Assembly: GCA_965199955.1 (NCBI GenBank)
Contig: CBDATQ010000002.1
Location: 896,001 to 960,000 of the forward strand
Length of the DNA stretch: 64,000 bases
DNA from: Spirochaetia bacterium
Lineage (GTDB): Bacteria; Spirochaetota; Spirochaetia; SZUA-6; Bin103
Direction of reading: 5' to 3'
Positions within the stretch are counted from its first letter, which is position 1; every line of letters begins with the position of its first letter. The translations under genes and the position numbers were made by a program. Under the pieces are notes generated by a model, which was given only the letters and a program-made list of their open reading frames with translations, ran no database searches and had not been told where the DNA came from. Shown in pieces: positions 1-8,586 of this stretch.

Positions 1-828
1 CGCGCCATCGCCGAGCACGCGTCGCTGTCCGCCGGCGGCGTGCGCATCCGCGGCGAGGGGCGCGGGCGCGCGGTCGGCCGCCTGGAGTCGGTCGACTACC
101 GCACCTGGGAGAGCACCGGGATCGCGCTGCAGGCCGACTTCCACGACACCATGGACACCGACATCTACAACAGCGCCTACGCGCGCTATCCGTACTCGCC
201 CAACGTGCACTTCATGTTTCCGTCCTTCTACCGCCACTACGAGGGGACCTTCGAGGTGCAGGTCTGCACCAGCCGCGACAACCGAAACTGGTTCCGCGCC
301 AACCGCGATACCTTCGTCCCGCTGGGCACGCCCGGCGAGTACGACTGCTTCATCGTCTCCGTCGCCCCCGGCTTCGTGGCCGTCGACGACGACACGCTGG
401 CGCTCTACTACCGGTCCGGCGATGGCCCGCACGGCGGCTCCAAGCCGATCGAGCTGGGCTACCAATCCCGCAGCCGCGTGAGCCGCGTCACCTTCAAGCG
501 CGACCGCATCATCGGCATCGAGGCAGGCTCGGAGCGGGGCCAGTTCATCACCCGGCCCCTGACGTTCACCGGGTCGCAGTTGCAGGTGAACTTGGAGACG
601 CTGGGGCCGGAGGCGGAGCTGACCGCGCAGCTCGTGTCCGTGGAATCGGGCGAGCCGGTCGAAGGGTATGGCTTCGACGACTGCCGGCCGCTGCGCGCCG
701 ACGCGCTCGACGGCGTGATCGGCTGGGGCGGCCGCGACCGGCTGCCGGCCGAGCTGGCGGGCCGGCCGGTGCGGCTCCACGTGCGGCTGCGCTCCGCCCG
801 GCTGTACGCGTTCCAGTTCGCGGCCTGA
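1..828 (+). CDS. 5'-partial glycoside-hydrolase-like (GH32/43-type beta-propeller) protein
   Basis: Frame is open from position 1. Contains TSRDNRNW, G.PGEYD and LYY motifs and a C-terminal beta-sandwich ending RLHVRLRSARLYAFQF typical of this uncharacterised propeller family. Confidence 0.55.
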   Translation, partial: RAIAEHASLSAGGVRIRGEGRGRAVGRLESVDYRTWESTGIALQADFHDTMDTDIYNSAYARYPYSPNVHFMFPSFYRHYEGTFEVQVCTSRDNRNWFRANRDTFVPLGTPGEYDCFIVSVAPGFVAVDDDTLALYYRSGDGPHGGSKPIELGYQSRSRVSRVTFKRDRIIGIEAGSERGQFITRPLTFTGSQLQVNLETLGPEAELTAQLVSVESGEPVEGYGFDDCRPLRADALDGVIGWGGRDRLPAELAGRPVRLHVRLRSARLYAFQFAA

Positions 829-865
829 GCGCCGGCCGGGCCGCGGAATCTGCTATCTTGCCCGC

Positions 866-1723
866 ATGGACCGCATAGTCGATACGCACTGCCACTTCTG
901 GTGGCGGGAAACGAATAGCTGGCTCGACTCCGACTGGGACGTCCTCTACCAGGACTACACCCCGGTCGAGCACCAGGCCGCCTCCCGGCCGGTCGGGGTG
1001 ACCCGCTGCGTGATCGTCGAGGCCGGCGACACTGACGTCGACAACCAGACCATCATCGACTTCGCCGCCGAGTTCGACTTCGTGGGCGGGATGATCCTGC
1101 GTGCCGACCTGGACGACCCCGGCCTGGGCCGCAAGCTCGACGAGTGGCAGAAGCTGCCCAAGTTCCGCGGCATGCGCATGAACTTCGAGGCGCATCCCGA
1201 TCCCGGCATCGCCACCAAGCCGGCGGTGATCGAGGGGCTCAGGGAGCTGGCGCGGCGCGGGCTCATCCACGACTTCCTGCCGCTGGTGCGCCACCTGGAC
1301 GGCATCGCCACCGCGATCGAGCAGGTGCCCGACCTCAAGTGCATCATCGAGCACTACGGCAAGCCGGACTTCGACGGCACGCTGGAGCCGGCCTGGGAGC
1401 AGGCGATGCGCCGCATCGCGCGCGACACGAGCGCGTTCTGCAAGCTTTCCCTGTCGCCGCAGGTGACCCGCATCCAGGAGTACCTCGACAATCCCAAGCA
1501 GGGCTGGCCGATCGAGGCGATGCGCCGGTACACCGCGCTCTACCTGGAGGAGCTGGGACCCGACCGGCTGATCTGGGGCAGCGACTGGCCGGTGGCGCTG
1601 CTGACCACCGACTACGCGGGCATGCTCGCCACCCACCGCGAGCTGCTCGGCCCCCTCGACCCGGAGGTGGAGGTCAAGCTGTTCCGCACCAACGCGGAGG
1701 CGTTCTACGACGTAACCGCGTAG
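866..1723 (+). CDS. Amidohydrolase_2 family protein (L-fuconolactonase-like)
   Basis: N-terminal DTHCHFW metal motif, EHYGKP, and C-terminal RLIWGSDWPV. Confidence 0.85.
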   Translation: MDRIVDTHCHFWWRETNSWLDSDWDVLYQDYTPVEHQAASRPVGVTRCVIVEAGDTDVDNQTIIDFAAEFDFVGGMILRADLDDPGLGRKLDEWQKLPKFRGMRMNFEAHPDPGIATKPAVIEGLRELARRGLIHDFLPLVRHLDGIATAIEQVPDLKCIIEHYGKPDFDGTLEPAWEQAMRRIARDTSAFCKLSLSPQVTRIQEYLDNPKQGWPIEAMRRYTALYLEELGPDRLIWGSDWPVALLTTDYAGMLATHRELLGPLDPEVEVKLFRTNAEAFYDVTA

Positions 1724-1842
1724 CCGAGCTCGGACGACCTACGCAGTAGCCGCTACAGCGCCATACATAACGGAGTTTCTACTGAATCCCGGATAAAATC
1801 CCGGTGGGCGGCCGCCACCGGCGTAAGGCTTTGCGGGTCGCA

Positions 1843-2289
1843 CGGCACGGCACGCTGGCGCTGTTACGCGGCGTTCAATACGAAGACCGGCGAGGTGCTC
1901 GGCAAGACCGCCACGCGGCACACCTCGGAGCAGTTCGTGGCGTTTCTGCGCGAGATCGTGGCGCATCAGCCGGCCGGTCAGGAGATTCACGTGATCGCTG
2001 ACAACCTGTCGGCGCACAAGACGAAGCGAGTGCAGGAGTTTCTCAGCGACCATCCGAAGGTGCGGCTGCATTTCACGCCGACCTACTCATCGTGGCTGAA
2101 CCAGGTGGAGCTGTGGTTTGCGAAGATCTCGCGCGACGTGATCACCCGCGGAGTGTTCAGTTCGGTGGCGGATCTGAAGAGCAAGCTGATGCGATACATC
2201 CGCGAATACAACAAGAATCCGCGGGTCGTGAAGTGGCATTACGTTGATCCGTCACGACACATCCATGAATGATCGTTACAGTCCACTAG
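1843..2289 (+). mobile_element. IS630-family transposase remnant (3' part, frameshifted) with right terminal repeat
   Basis: RHGTLAL (1843-1863), one extra T at 1864, then YAAFNTKTGEV...IADNLSAHK...HFTPTYSSWLNQVELWF (DDE_3). Followed by TTACAGTCCACTAG (2276-2289), an IS630-like end with TA. The 5' half is absent. Confidence 0.85.
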
Positions 2290-2670
2290 TTAGTCGGACG
2301 AGCGTTGGGGAGATATCGCAGCCGATCAATTGATTGCCCCAGCAGTGGAGAGTCGCGAATACCGTGGACTTCAGGCGCAGACGCTGGGCGATTGCCAGCA
2401 GGAGATCGCCTGCGCCGCAGGTTGGATCGAGAAAGGTGTGGTCGTCGTTGATTGTCAATGGAAGGTTGGCCGTGGCGGTGGTTGCGAGCGCTGCACTGGT
2501 AAAGACGGTGCCTTGGTTCTTCAATGAACTGAGCGCGCGGTCCGTCGAAGTTCTGTTGACGGCCCGCCGTTCAGACAGTCGGAAGACCAGGATTGCCAGT
2601 CGATCGATGGCATGCGCTGTGTGGCGATGTGGTGCTCAAGGCGTTGGACATAGGGGAGAAGTGTGTTCAT
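2290..2670 (-). pseudogene. N-terminal fragment of an N6-adenine DNA methyltransferase (RM-type), frameshifted and truncated at the IS630 end
   Basis: ATG at 2670 reads MNTLLPYVQRLE...LNGGPSTELRRT, then a frameshift into LSSLKNQGTVFT...FLDPTCGAGDLL (SAM-binding motif I)...LIGCDIS. Visibly lower GC than the flanks. Confidence 0.65.
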
Positions 2671-2682
2671 CTTCCTGTCGGG

Positions 2683-4032
2683 TTATTTTTCGATCGTTGG
2701 CTTTTTGCAGCACTGCTCCTGCACCTGCCAGAGGCTGAGGCTCAGGGAGGGGGGCACCGCGACGTTGTCGAAGCTGATCATCTCGTCCTCGGCGATGTCC
2801 GACGTGGCAACCGCGCCGTGGGTGAGCGCCATCGGCACCAGGTTCTCGGCACGCGCGGCCTCGTGCCGTTCGGCCATCCCGTAGACGGTGTAGCCCCCTT
2901 CGCCGTCGAGCGTCTCCCCAGCCCGCAGCGGGCGCTTGGCGGCGGCCACCACTTCCGCAGCGCGGCAGGTGGGGGCGCCCACGTCGTCGCCCAGCACCGC
3001 CATGCGCGCCAGCCCCAGCGGCATCTCGTGTCCGACGAAGTGCTGCGGCCGGTAGATCATCGCGTAGCCCGAGCGCTTGCCGATGATCATGCCGGTGATG
3101 TCGCCGTAGGAGGCGAGCGATTCGTTGACCTCACGCGTCGGTCCGTCGATCATGGCGAACAGGCCTCCGCGGATGGAGCGCTCCACGAAGGTGTCGTCCG
3201 GATGGATCGCGCTGACCGCCTCGACCACGCCCTCCCGGTTCAGGATGCCGCCGTTCTCTTTCGAGGCGAGGACGTCCGGGATCTCGCGCAGGTCGGCGGT
3301 CGGGAAGTGCAGCCCGCGCACGTCGGGCTGCAGCCCGGTCATGTTGGCCAGCGCCACCACCTCGATCGAGTGCTTGGTGCCGTCCAGGAACGACCCGAAC
3401 ATCTGCGCGTTGTAGTCCTTGCCGGTGAAGCCGTAGACGCCCGGCACGTCATCCGGGTTCATCTTGCGGAAGCTCTGCGTGAAGCGAGTGCCCTTGCCGG
3501 CCGCTACCAGCCGGAAACCGAGAGTGCGCGCCCAGTCGCAGAGCTCGGCGGCAAGCGCCGGCTCGTCGCCGTAGGCCAGGCTGTAGATCACGCCTGCGGC
3601 TTGGGCGAGCCTGCGCAGGTGGTAGCCTACCAGCACGTCGGCCTCGACCGTTACCATGGCCAGGTGCTTGCGGGCCAGGATCGCGCGGTAGGCGTGGCGC
3701 ACTCCCGCCTCGACCAGTCCGGTCGCCTCGATGACGATGTCGACGGGGCTGTCGATCAGCGCCTGCGCATCTCCGGTGACCACCGGCGTGCCGGCGGCCA
3801 CGGCTTCCGCGACCTGATCGGCGGAGACGGCCCGCAGCGGTTCATCGTCCGCCCCCGCGCCCAGCACCGCCGCGGCCGCCTCCACGCGCAGGTCGGCGAT
3901 CACGGCCAGCCGCATGCCGGGCATGTGCCGGATCTGGCCGGCGATCTGGGAGCCGAAGGTGCCGATGCCGATGAGCCCGATCCTGACCGGCGTTCCCTGT
4001 CGTTCGCGCTCGACCATGCGCTCGTACAGCAT
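2683..4032 (-). CDS. NAD(P)-dependent oxidoreductase, homoserine-dehydrogenase-like with C-terminal SAF domain (COG4091-type)
   Basis: GLIGIGTFG Rossmann motif, EADVLVG, YGDEP, SFLDGTK, and SAF-like AKRPLRAGETLDGEGGYTVYG. Confidence 0.85.
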   Translation of the reverse strand: MLYERMVERERQGTPVRIGLIGIGTFGSQIAGQIRHMPGMRLAVIADLRVEAAAAVLGAGADDEPLRAVSADQVAEAVAAGTPVVTGDAQALIDSPVDIVIEATGLVEAGVRHAYRAILARKHLAMVTVEADVLVGYHLRRLAQAAGVIYSLAYGDEPALAAELCDWARTLGFRLVAAGKGTRFTQSFRKMNPDDVPGVYGFTGKDYNAQMFGSFLDGTKHSIEVVALANMTGLQPDVRGLHFPTADLREIPDVLASKENGGILNREGVVEAVSAIHPDDTFVERSIRGGLFAMIDGPTREVNESLASYGDITGMIIGKRSGYAMIYRPQHFVGHEMPLGLARMAVLGDDVGAPTCRAAEVVAAAKRPLRAGETLDGEGGYTVYGMAERHEAARAENLVPMALTHGAVATSDIAEDEMISFDNVAVPPSLSLSLWQVQEQCCKKPTIEK

Positions 4033-4079
4033 GCAGGCGAGGGTAGTGGCACCGCCGCGCCGCCAGCAAGCGGACCGTC

Positions 4080-5057
4080 ATGACGAGACGTCCGTTCGGC
4101 GCGCTGGGCGAGGTGAGCGTGCTCACCCTGGGCGGCGCCGGCCTGATGGGCGGCTGGGGGCACGCCCCCGACCTGGACGAGGCGGTCGCCACCATCCGCG
4201 CCGCGGTCGATGCCGGCGTCGATCACATCGACGTGGCTCCGGGCGACGGCGGCGCCGAGCGGGCGGTGGGCGCCGCGTTCGGCGGAGCGCTGCCGGCCGG
4301 GGTGCGGATCTCGACCAAGGTGCCGCTGGACCGGCCTTCTCCGGGCGCCGCGCCTGGCCTGATCGATCGCAGCCTGAACGCCAGCCTGGAGCGCCTGCGG
4401 CTGCAGCGCGTCGATCTGCTGCTCACCCACTGCTGGATTCTGCCTGACGGAGAGGAAGGTGCCGGCCGTTCGGGATTGCCGTTCCGGGACTACCTGCAGG
4501 AGGTGCGACCGGCGCTCGAGCGGCTGGTGGCGGACGGCCGCATCGGCGCCTGGGGCATCAGCGGCATCGGCGCACCCGTAACCGTGCAGCAGGCGCTGCT
4601 GGCGCGTCCCCGGCCCGCGGCCGTGCAGGCGATCGCCAACGTGCTGAGCTCGGCCGGCGAGGAGGTGCCGTTCCGCGGGCCGCCGGCCGGATCGGTGGCG
4701 ACGGCGGCCGTTGCTGCAGGCGTTCCGGTGATCGGCATCCGCGCGGTCGGCCGCGGCGCGCTGGCCGACGTGCTCGACAAGCAGGTCGACGACGACCATC
4801 CCATCGCCGTCGACTACCGGCGCGCGGCCGGTCTCCGAAGTCTGGCACGGGCGCGTGGCGTACCGGCGGCCCGGTTGGCCTACCGGTACGCCCTGTCGCT
4901 CCCGGAGGTGACAACGGTCGCGATCGGCGTCCGCAACCGCGCCGAGCTGGCCGACGCGCTCGCCGCCGAGCGCGACGGCCCACTGGACGCCGCGGAGACG
5001 CTGGTTTTGCGCGACGAGTGTCGCCACCATGGCGGCGGTGAGGTGACTTCGGAATGA
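4080..5057 (+). CDS. Aldo/keto reductase
   Basis: LTLGG, IDVAP, STK and SLERLRLQRVDLLLTH motifs. The usual catalytic Tyr after DxAP appears to be Asp (DVAPGDG). Confidence 0.8.
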   Translation: MTRRPFGALGEVSVLTLGGAGLMGGWGHAPDLDEAVATIRAAVDAGVDHIDVAPGDGGAERAVGAAFGGALPAGVRISTKVPLDRPSPGAAPGLIDRSLNASLERLRLQRVDLLLTHCWILPDGEEGAGRSGLPFRDYLQEVRPALERLVADGRIGAWGISGIGAPVTVQQALLARPRPAAVQAIANVLSSAGEEVPFRGPPAGSVATAAVAAGVPVIGIRAVGRGALADVLDKQVDDDHPIAVDYRRAAGLRSLARARGVPAARLAYRYALSLPEVTTVAIGVRNRAELADALAAERDGPLDAAETLVLRDECRHHGGGEVTSE

Positions 5058-6436
5058 GCAAGACGATGGTGCTGGCGGTCATCGGCGGCGGCAGCTCGCA
5101 GTGGATGATCTCGCTGATGAAGGACGTCTACCTGCTGGACGCCGTGGACGGCGGCGAGATCCGGTTGGTGGACCCGGACCGCGGAGGGACGGAGGCGGTG
5201 GCGTCCATGCTGGCCCGCTTCAACGCGGAGCGTGGCAAGGACTACCGCATCTCCGTGTGTGACGACCGGGCGGCGGCGCTCGGCGGCGCCGACTTCGTAA
5301 TGACCACCTTCAGCCCCGGCAGCATGGACGCCTTCGAATACGACCTGGAGATCCCTATTCGCTACGGCATCCGGCAGCCGGTCTCCATGACGGTGGGGCC
5401 GGCCGGCATCTCGGCCGCCCTGCGCACCGTGCCGGTCGCCGCGGAGGTCGTGAAGGACATGGAGCGGTACTGCCCGGGCGGCTGGCTTCTGAACGTCACC
5501 AACCCCATGAGCACCGTGACGCGCGCCATGAACCTGGCCGCCGACAGCGTGCACGTGGTCGGGCTCTGCCACGAGTTCCACGCATTCCCGGCGCTGGCCG
5601 CCGCCATCCTGGACCTGCAGCCGCCGGCGGAGCTCAACGTGGTCGAGCAGCTCTACGAGTGGCTGCCGGAGCAGGGGCTGCGCTACACGGTGGCCGGCAT
5701 CAACCACTTCATCTGGATCATCGAAGCCGAGCTGAACGGCCGCGACGTGTTGCCGGACATCCGCCGCTTCGCGAGCGAGCACCGCGATCTGGCGCCGGCA
5801 GGCGCTCCGTACAGCCTGAGCAACCGGCACGCCGCCAAGCTGGCGCTGTGCCGGACGTTCGGCTATCTGCCGCTTGCGGGCGACCGCCACCTGGTCGAGT
5901 TCTGGCCCCACCTGTGCAACGTGCGCAACGGCTACGCCATGCGCTACGCGGTGGAGAAGACCACGGTCGACTCGCGCCGCCACCGCCGCGAGCACAACCG
6001 CGCGCGCGTCGAGCGGATCGCGGCCGGCACGGAGCGGATGGACTGGACCCGCAGCGGCGAGGAGATGACCGAGGTCATGAACGCCATTCTCACCGGCGGC
6101 AGCACCACGGCAATCCTCAACCTGCCCAATCGGGGCCAGGTGGGGAACCTCCCGCGCGACGCCGTCGTGGAGACCCTGGCGACGGTCACCGGCGAGCAGA
6201 TCGAACCTCAGTCGTGCGGCGAGCTCCCGGGTGCCGTGGGCTCGCTCTGCCGGCTGCACGTCGACGTGCAGGAGATGACCGTGCAGGCGGCGCTGCGGGG
6301 CGACCGCGAGCTGCTGGTGGAGGCGCTGTCGCTGGACCCGCTGTGCGCCGCCGCCGACTTCGCCGAGATCGGCGAGCTGGCCGACGAGTTGCTGGCCGCC
6401 AACCGCCGCTGGCTGCCGCGTTTCTTCGAAGCATGA
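5054..6436 (+). CDS. Glycoside hydrolase family 4 (NAD+/Mn2+-dependent alpha-galactosidase/glucuronidase-like)
   Basis: VIGGGS, ALRTVP, NVTNPM, VGLCHE, AGINHF, DRHLVEF and NLPNRGQ. ATGA overlap with the upstream gene. Confidence 0.9.
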   Translation: MSKTMVLAVIGGGSSQWMISLMKDVYLLDAVDGGEIRLVDPDRGGTEAVASMLARFNAERGKDYRISVCDDRAAALGGADFVMTTFSPGSMDAFEYDLEIPIRYGIRQPVSMTVGPAGISAALRTVPVAAEVVKDMERYCPGGWLLNVTNPMSTVTRAMNLAADSVHVVGLCHEFHAFPALAAAILDLQPPAELNVVEQLYEWLPEQGLRYTVAGINHFIWIIEAELNGRDVLPDIRRFASEHRDLAPAGAPYSLSNRHAAKLALCRTFGYLPLAGDRHLVEFWPHLCNVRNGYAMRYAVEKTTVDSRRHRREHNRARVERIAAGTERMDWTRSGEEMTEVMNAILTGGSTTAILNLPNRGQVGNLPRDAVVETLATVTGEQIEPQSCGELPGAVGSLCRLHVDVQEMTVQAALRGDRELLVEALSLDPLCAAADFAEIGELADELLAANRRWLPRFFEA

Positions 6437-6499
6437 GCGCGCGCCGGTCTGTTGTCCGGAGAATCCGGAATGCTTACCTTGCTGCTTCAGGAGGACTCG

Positions 6500-7024
6500 A
6501 TGACGAAGAACAAGACGCTCATGCTCGCGGCGGCCGCGGCGGGGATCATGCTGGTGGCGGCCGTCTCCGGGCACGCCGATCAGATGGTGATGTCGCCGGA
6601 GTACGCGGTTCGCTGGTGGGACACGCTGACCCCCGACGAAAGGGTGGCGGCGCTGCACGGCGACATGGCCACCGAGGATCAGGCCGCGGCGGCCAAGAAG
6701 ATGCACGCGGATCTGGATTTCCCCACCACGTACTTGGTGGACGTGGCTGCGACCAAGATCAACGGCCACCTCAGCTTCGACAGTGTCGGCGCGTGGTGGG
6801 AGTCGTTGAACTGCCAGTTGATGCGGATCGCCGCGGGAGACGGCAACACGGCCGATCCCATGAGCCCCTACTGCGCCCACTACCCGGGCTCGGGCCATGA
6901 GAAGATCCTGAGCGATGACGCGTTGGCGTATGTCAACAAGGTCGGCATGGCTCTGCTTGGCCGGACCGACCCGGGCATGTACGAGGGAGCGGCCGGCTCC
7001 TCCATGTCCGGCTCCTCCATGTAA
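6500..7024 (+). CDS. Secreted hypothetical protein with two WWxxL motifs and a Cys pair
   Basis: RBS GGAGG before ATG 6500 and signal-peptide-like MTKNKTLMLAAAAAGIMLVAAVSGHA. Contains WWDTL and WWESLNC...YC. Confidence 0.7.
   Translation: MTKNKTLMLAAAAAGIMLVAAVSGHADQMVMSPEYAVRWWDTLTPDERVAALHGDMATEDQAAAAKKMHADLDFPTTYLVDVAATKINGHLSFDSVGAWWESLNCQLMRIAAGDGNTADPMSPYCAHYPGSGHEKILSDDALAYVNKVGMALLGRTDPGMYEGAAGSSMSGSSM
6993..7022. repeat. 15-bp perfect tandem duplication CCGGCTCCTCCATGT x2
   Basis: Read directly. Encodes the GSSMS-GSSM tail. Confidence 0.9.
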
Positions 7025-7267
7025 CGCGCGCGGCGAACTGCGCGAACATGTGTCCTTGGCGCCGCCCCGGCCCAGCAGGTCGGAGGCGATGCCGGGGGCG
7101 CACTCGAACCGGAGATTGGCGCCGGCCGCGGCAGAGACGTGGTCGCTCCGCCGCAGCTTGGCTGTGGCGCGTGCGGCTCCAGGTGGAGCCGTCCGTTGGT
7201 GATCCCTCACGCGCCGATCACGCCGACGCTCAACGTCTCCCGGAACAGGTTGGTGCCCGCCGCGCCA

Positions 7268-7297
7268 CCATGTAACCGTCGACCATGTAACCGTCGA
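7268..7297. repeat. 15-bp perfect tandem duplication CCATGTAACCGTCGA x2
   Basis: Read directly. Confidence 0.9.
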
Positions 7298-7496
7298 CGA
7301 GTCCTAACGACGCCCTCTGATGGGGATGGGGGGCGCCATCCGGCGGCTCGTCTCCCGAACCGCTCAGGTGGCAGCGCGCCGCCGGATCGCGTGAGTGGAC
7401 ACCGACGACTCCTTCGCGAAGCGCCAATGCAGTTTCGCGAACGGCTCTCGATCGCATATTGGAAGCGAAAGTGAGCACCTGCGTCCGAAAAACCCG

Positions 7497-7516
7497 TGGA
7501 TATAACTGGATATAAC
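7497..7516. repeat. 10-bp tandem duplication TGGATATAAC x2
   Basis: Read directly. Confidence 0.85.
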
Positions 7517-7711
7517 CTTGGGTGCTGGCCGCTGCTGCCGGCAGCTTCGCAAGTGGCAATCAAGCCAGCTCGAGTGCGAAACGAGCGATGTTGACGGACG
7601 CAAGAATGCGGTCTATTGCTGCGCGTTGAGACACGCGCTTCATGGAACACACAGGGGCCTCGAAACAGCAGTCGCCAGCGGACCGCCACGGCGGCGAGCG
7701 ATCCGAGGTGA

Positions 7712-7878
7712 TGGGAATTCGCGTATCGCGAACTGCTGAGTCCCCGCGTGCTCGCGTTCTCACTCATCACGCTCGTCTTCGTCGTCTTGACGTTCACGAT
7801 CATCGGCCCGTTGGGCAGCTACCGGAGCCTGTCGCTGTTTCAGCGCCTCGTGTACATGATCGTGCTCGCTTGGCCGGG
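7712..7878 (+). pseudogene. Truncated membrane-protein N-terminus (resembles the TM region of LytTR-fused proteins)
   Basis: WEFAYRELLSPRVLAFSLITLVFVVLTFTIIGPLGSYRSLSLFQRLVY. Cut off at the inverted-repeat element. Confidence 0.35.
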
Positions 7879-7949
7879 TAGTGTGTCAGTTTCCGATCCG
7901 TGGTACACGGGTCGGCCGCACCGAACCGGGGAGGTAAAGTGACACACTA
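7879..7949. mobile_element. 71-bp MITE-like element with terminal inverted repeats and TA ends
   Basis: TAGTGTGTCA (7879-7888) and TGACACACTA (7940-7949) are perfect 10-bp inverted repeats that extend imperfectly inward (GTTTCC vs CTTTAC). Confidence 0.7.
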
Positions 7950-7951
7950 CC

Positions 7952-8329
7952 GAGATCAACGCCTATGCGGCCGAGCTCGCCCGCGTGTCGGTGTGGATCG
8001 GCGAGATCCAGTGGATGCGCCGCAACGGGTTTACCGGATCGCGCGATCCGATCCTGGAGCCGCTGGAGAACATCGAGTGCCGCGACGCGATCCTGACGCC
8101 GGAGGGCGGTGAACCCGAGTGGCCGGAGGCCAACGTTGTGATCGGCAACCCCCCGTTTCTCGGCGGCAAGCTCCTGAACGAAAACCTCGGCGAGGCCTGC
8201 GTCGACAGGATGTTTGCTGCATACGACGGCCGTGTGCCTGCCGAAGCGGATCTGGGCACCTACTGATTCGTGAAGGCAGGCGAGCACATTGGCGCCCGCA
8301 AGGCGCAGCGGGCGGGACTGGTGGCGACG
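7952..8329 (+). pseudogene. Internal fragment of an MmeI-like (type IIL) restriction-modification enzyme
   Basis: EINAYAAELARVSVWIGEIQW...WPEANVVIGNPPFLG (motif IV)...ADLGTY*FVKA...RAGLVAT. In-frame TGA at 8264-8266 where Trp is expected. No start or end. Confidence 0.8.
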
Positions 8330-8586
8330 CCTCGCTGCAAGTGGGCACCGGCTTACTTGTCATGATTCGTCTATCATCTTATTGGATCCTGCAGCCTTGA
8401 CCCAGTCGTCGTCAACGTGCAGAGCTTGAGATGGCCAAATGAGTGCAGGTTCTTTTTTAGAACGAACCTCCAGTCTGAGTACGGAATAACACGCCTTCGA
8501 CTCGTCGCGATTGGTGAAAGCACAGTGGCGCTCTCTACCCGTGATCGGTGCGGGCCCATCATTGGCCTTGGAGCGAGCGGTTCGGC

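Noticed and set aside
1740..1842. AATCCCGG direct repeat and CCGGTGG/CCACCGG hairpin before the IS remnant
   Set aside because: Could be an island boundary or terminator, but it is too short to assign and no matching partner site was found.
7030..7260. Possible degraded minus-strand beta-barrel protein tail (NLFRETLSVGVIGA…DHVSAAAGANL…)
   Set aside because: Needs several frameshifts and a stop readthrough, so it is not supportable without a search.
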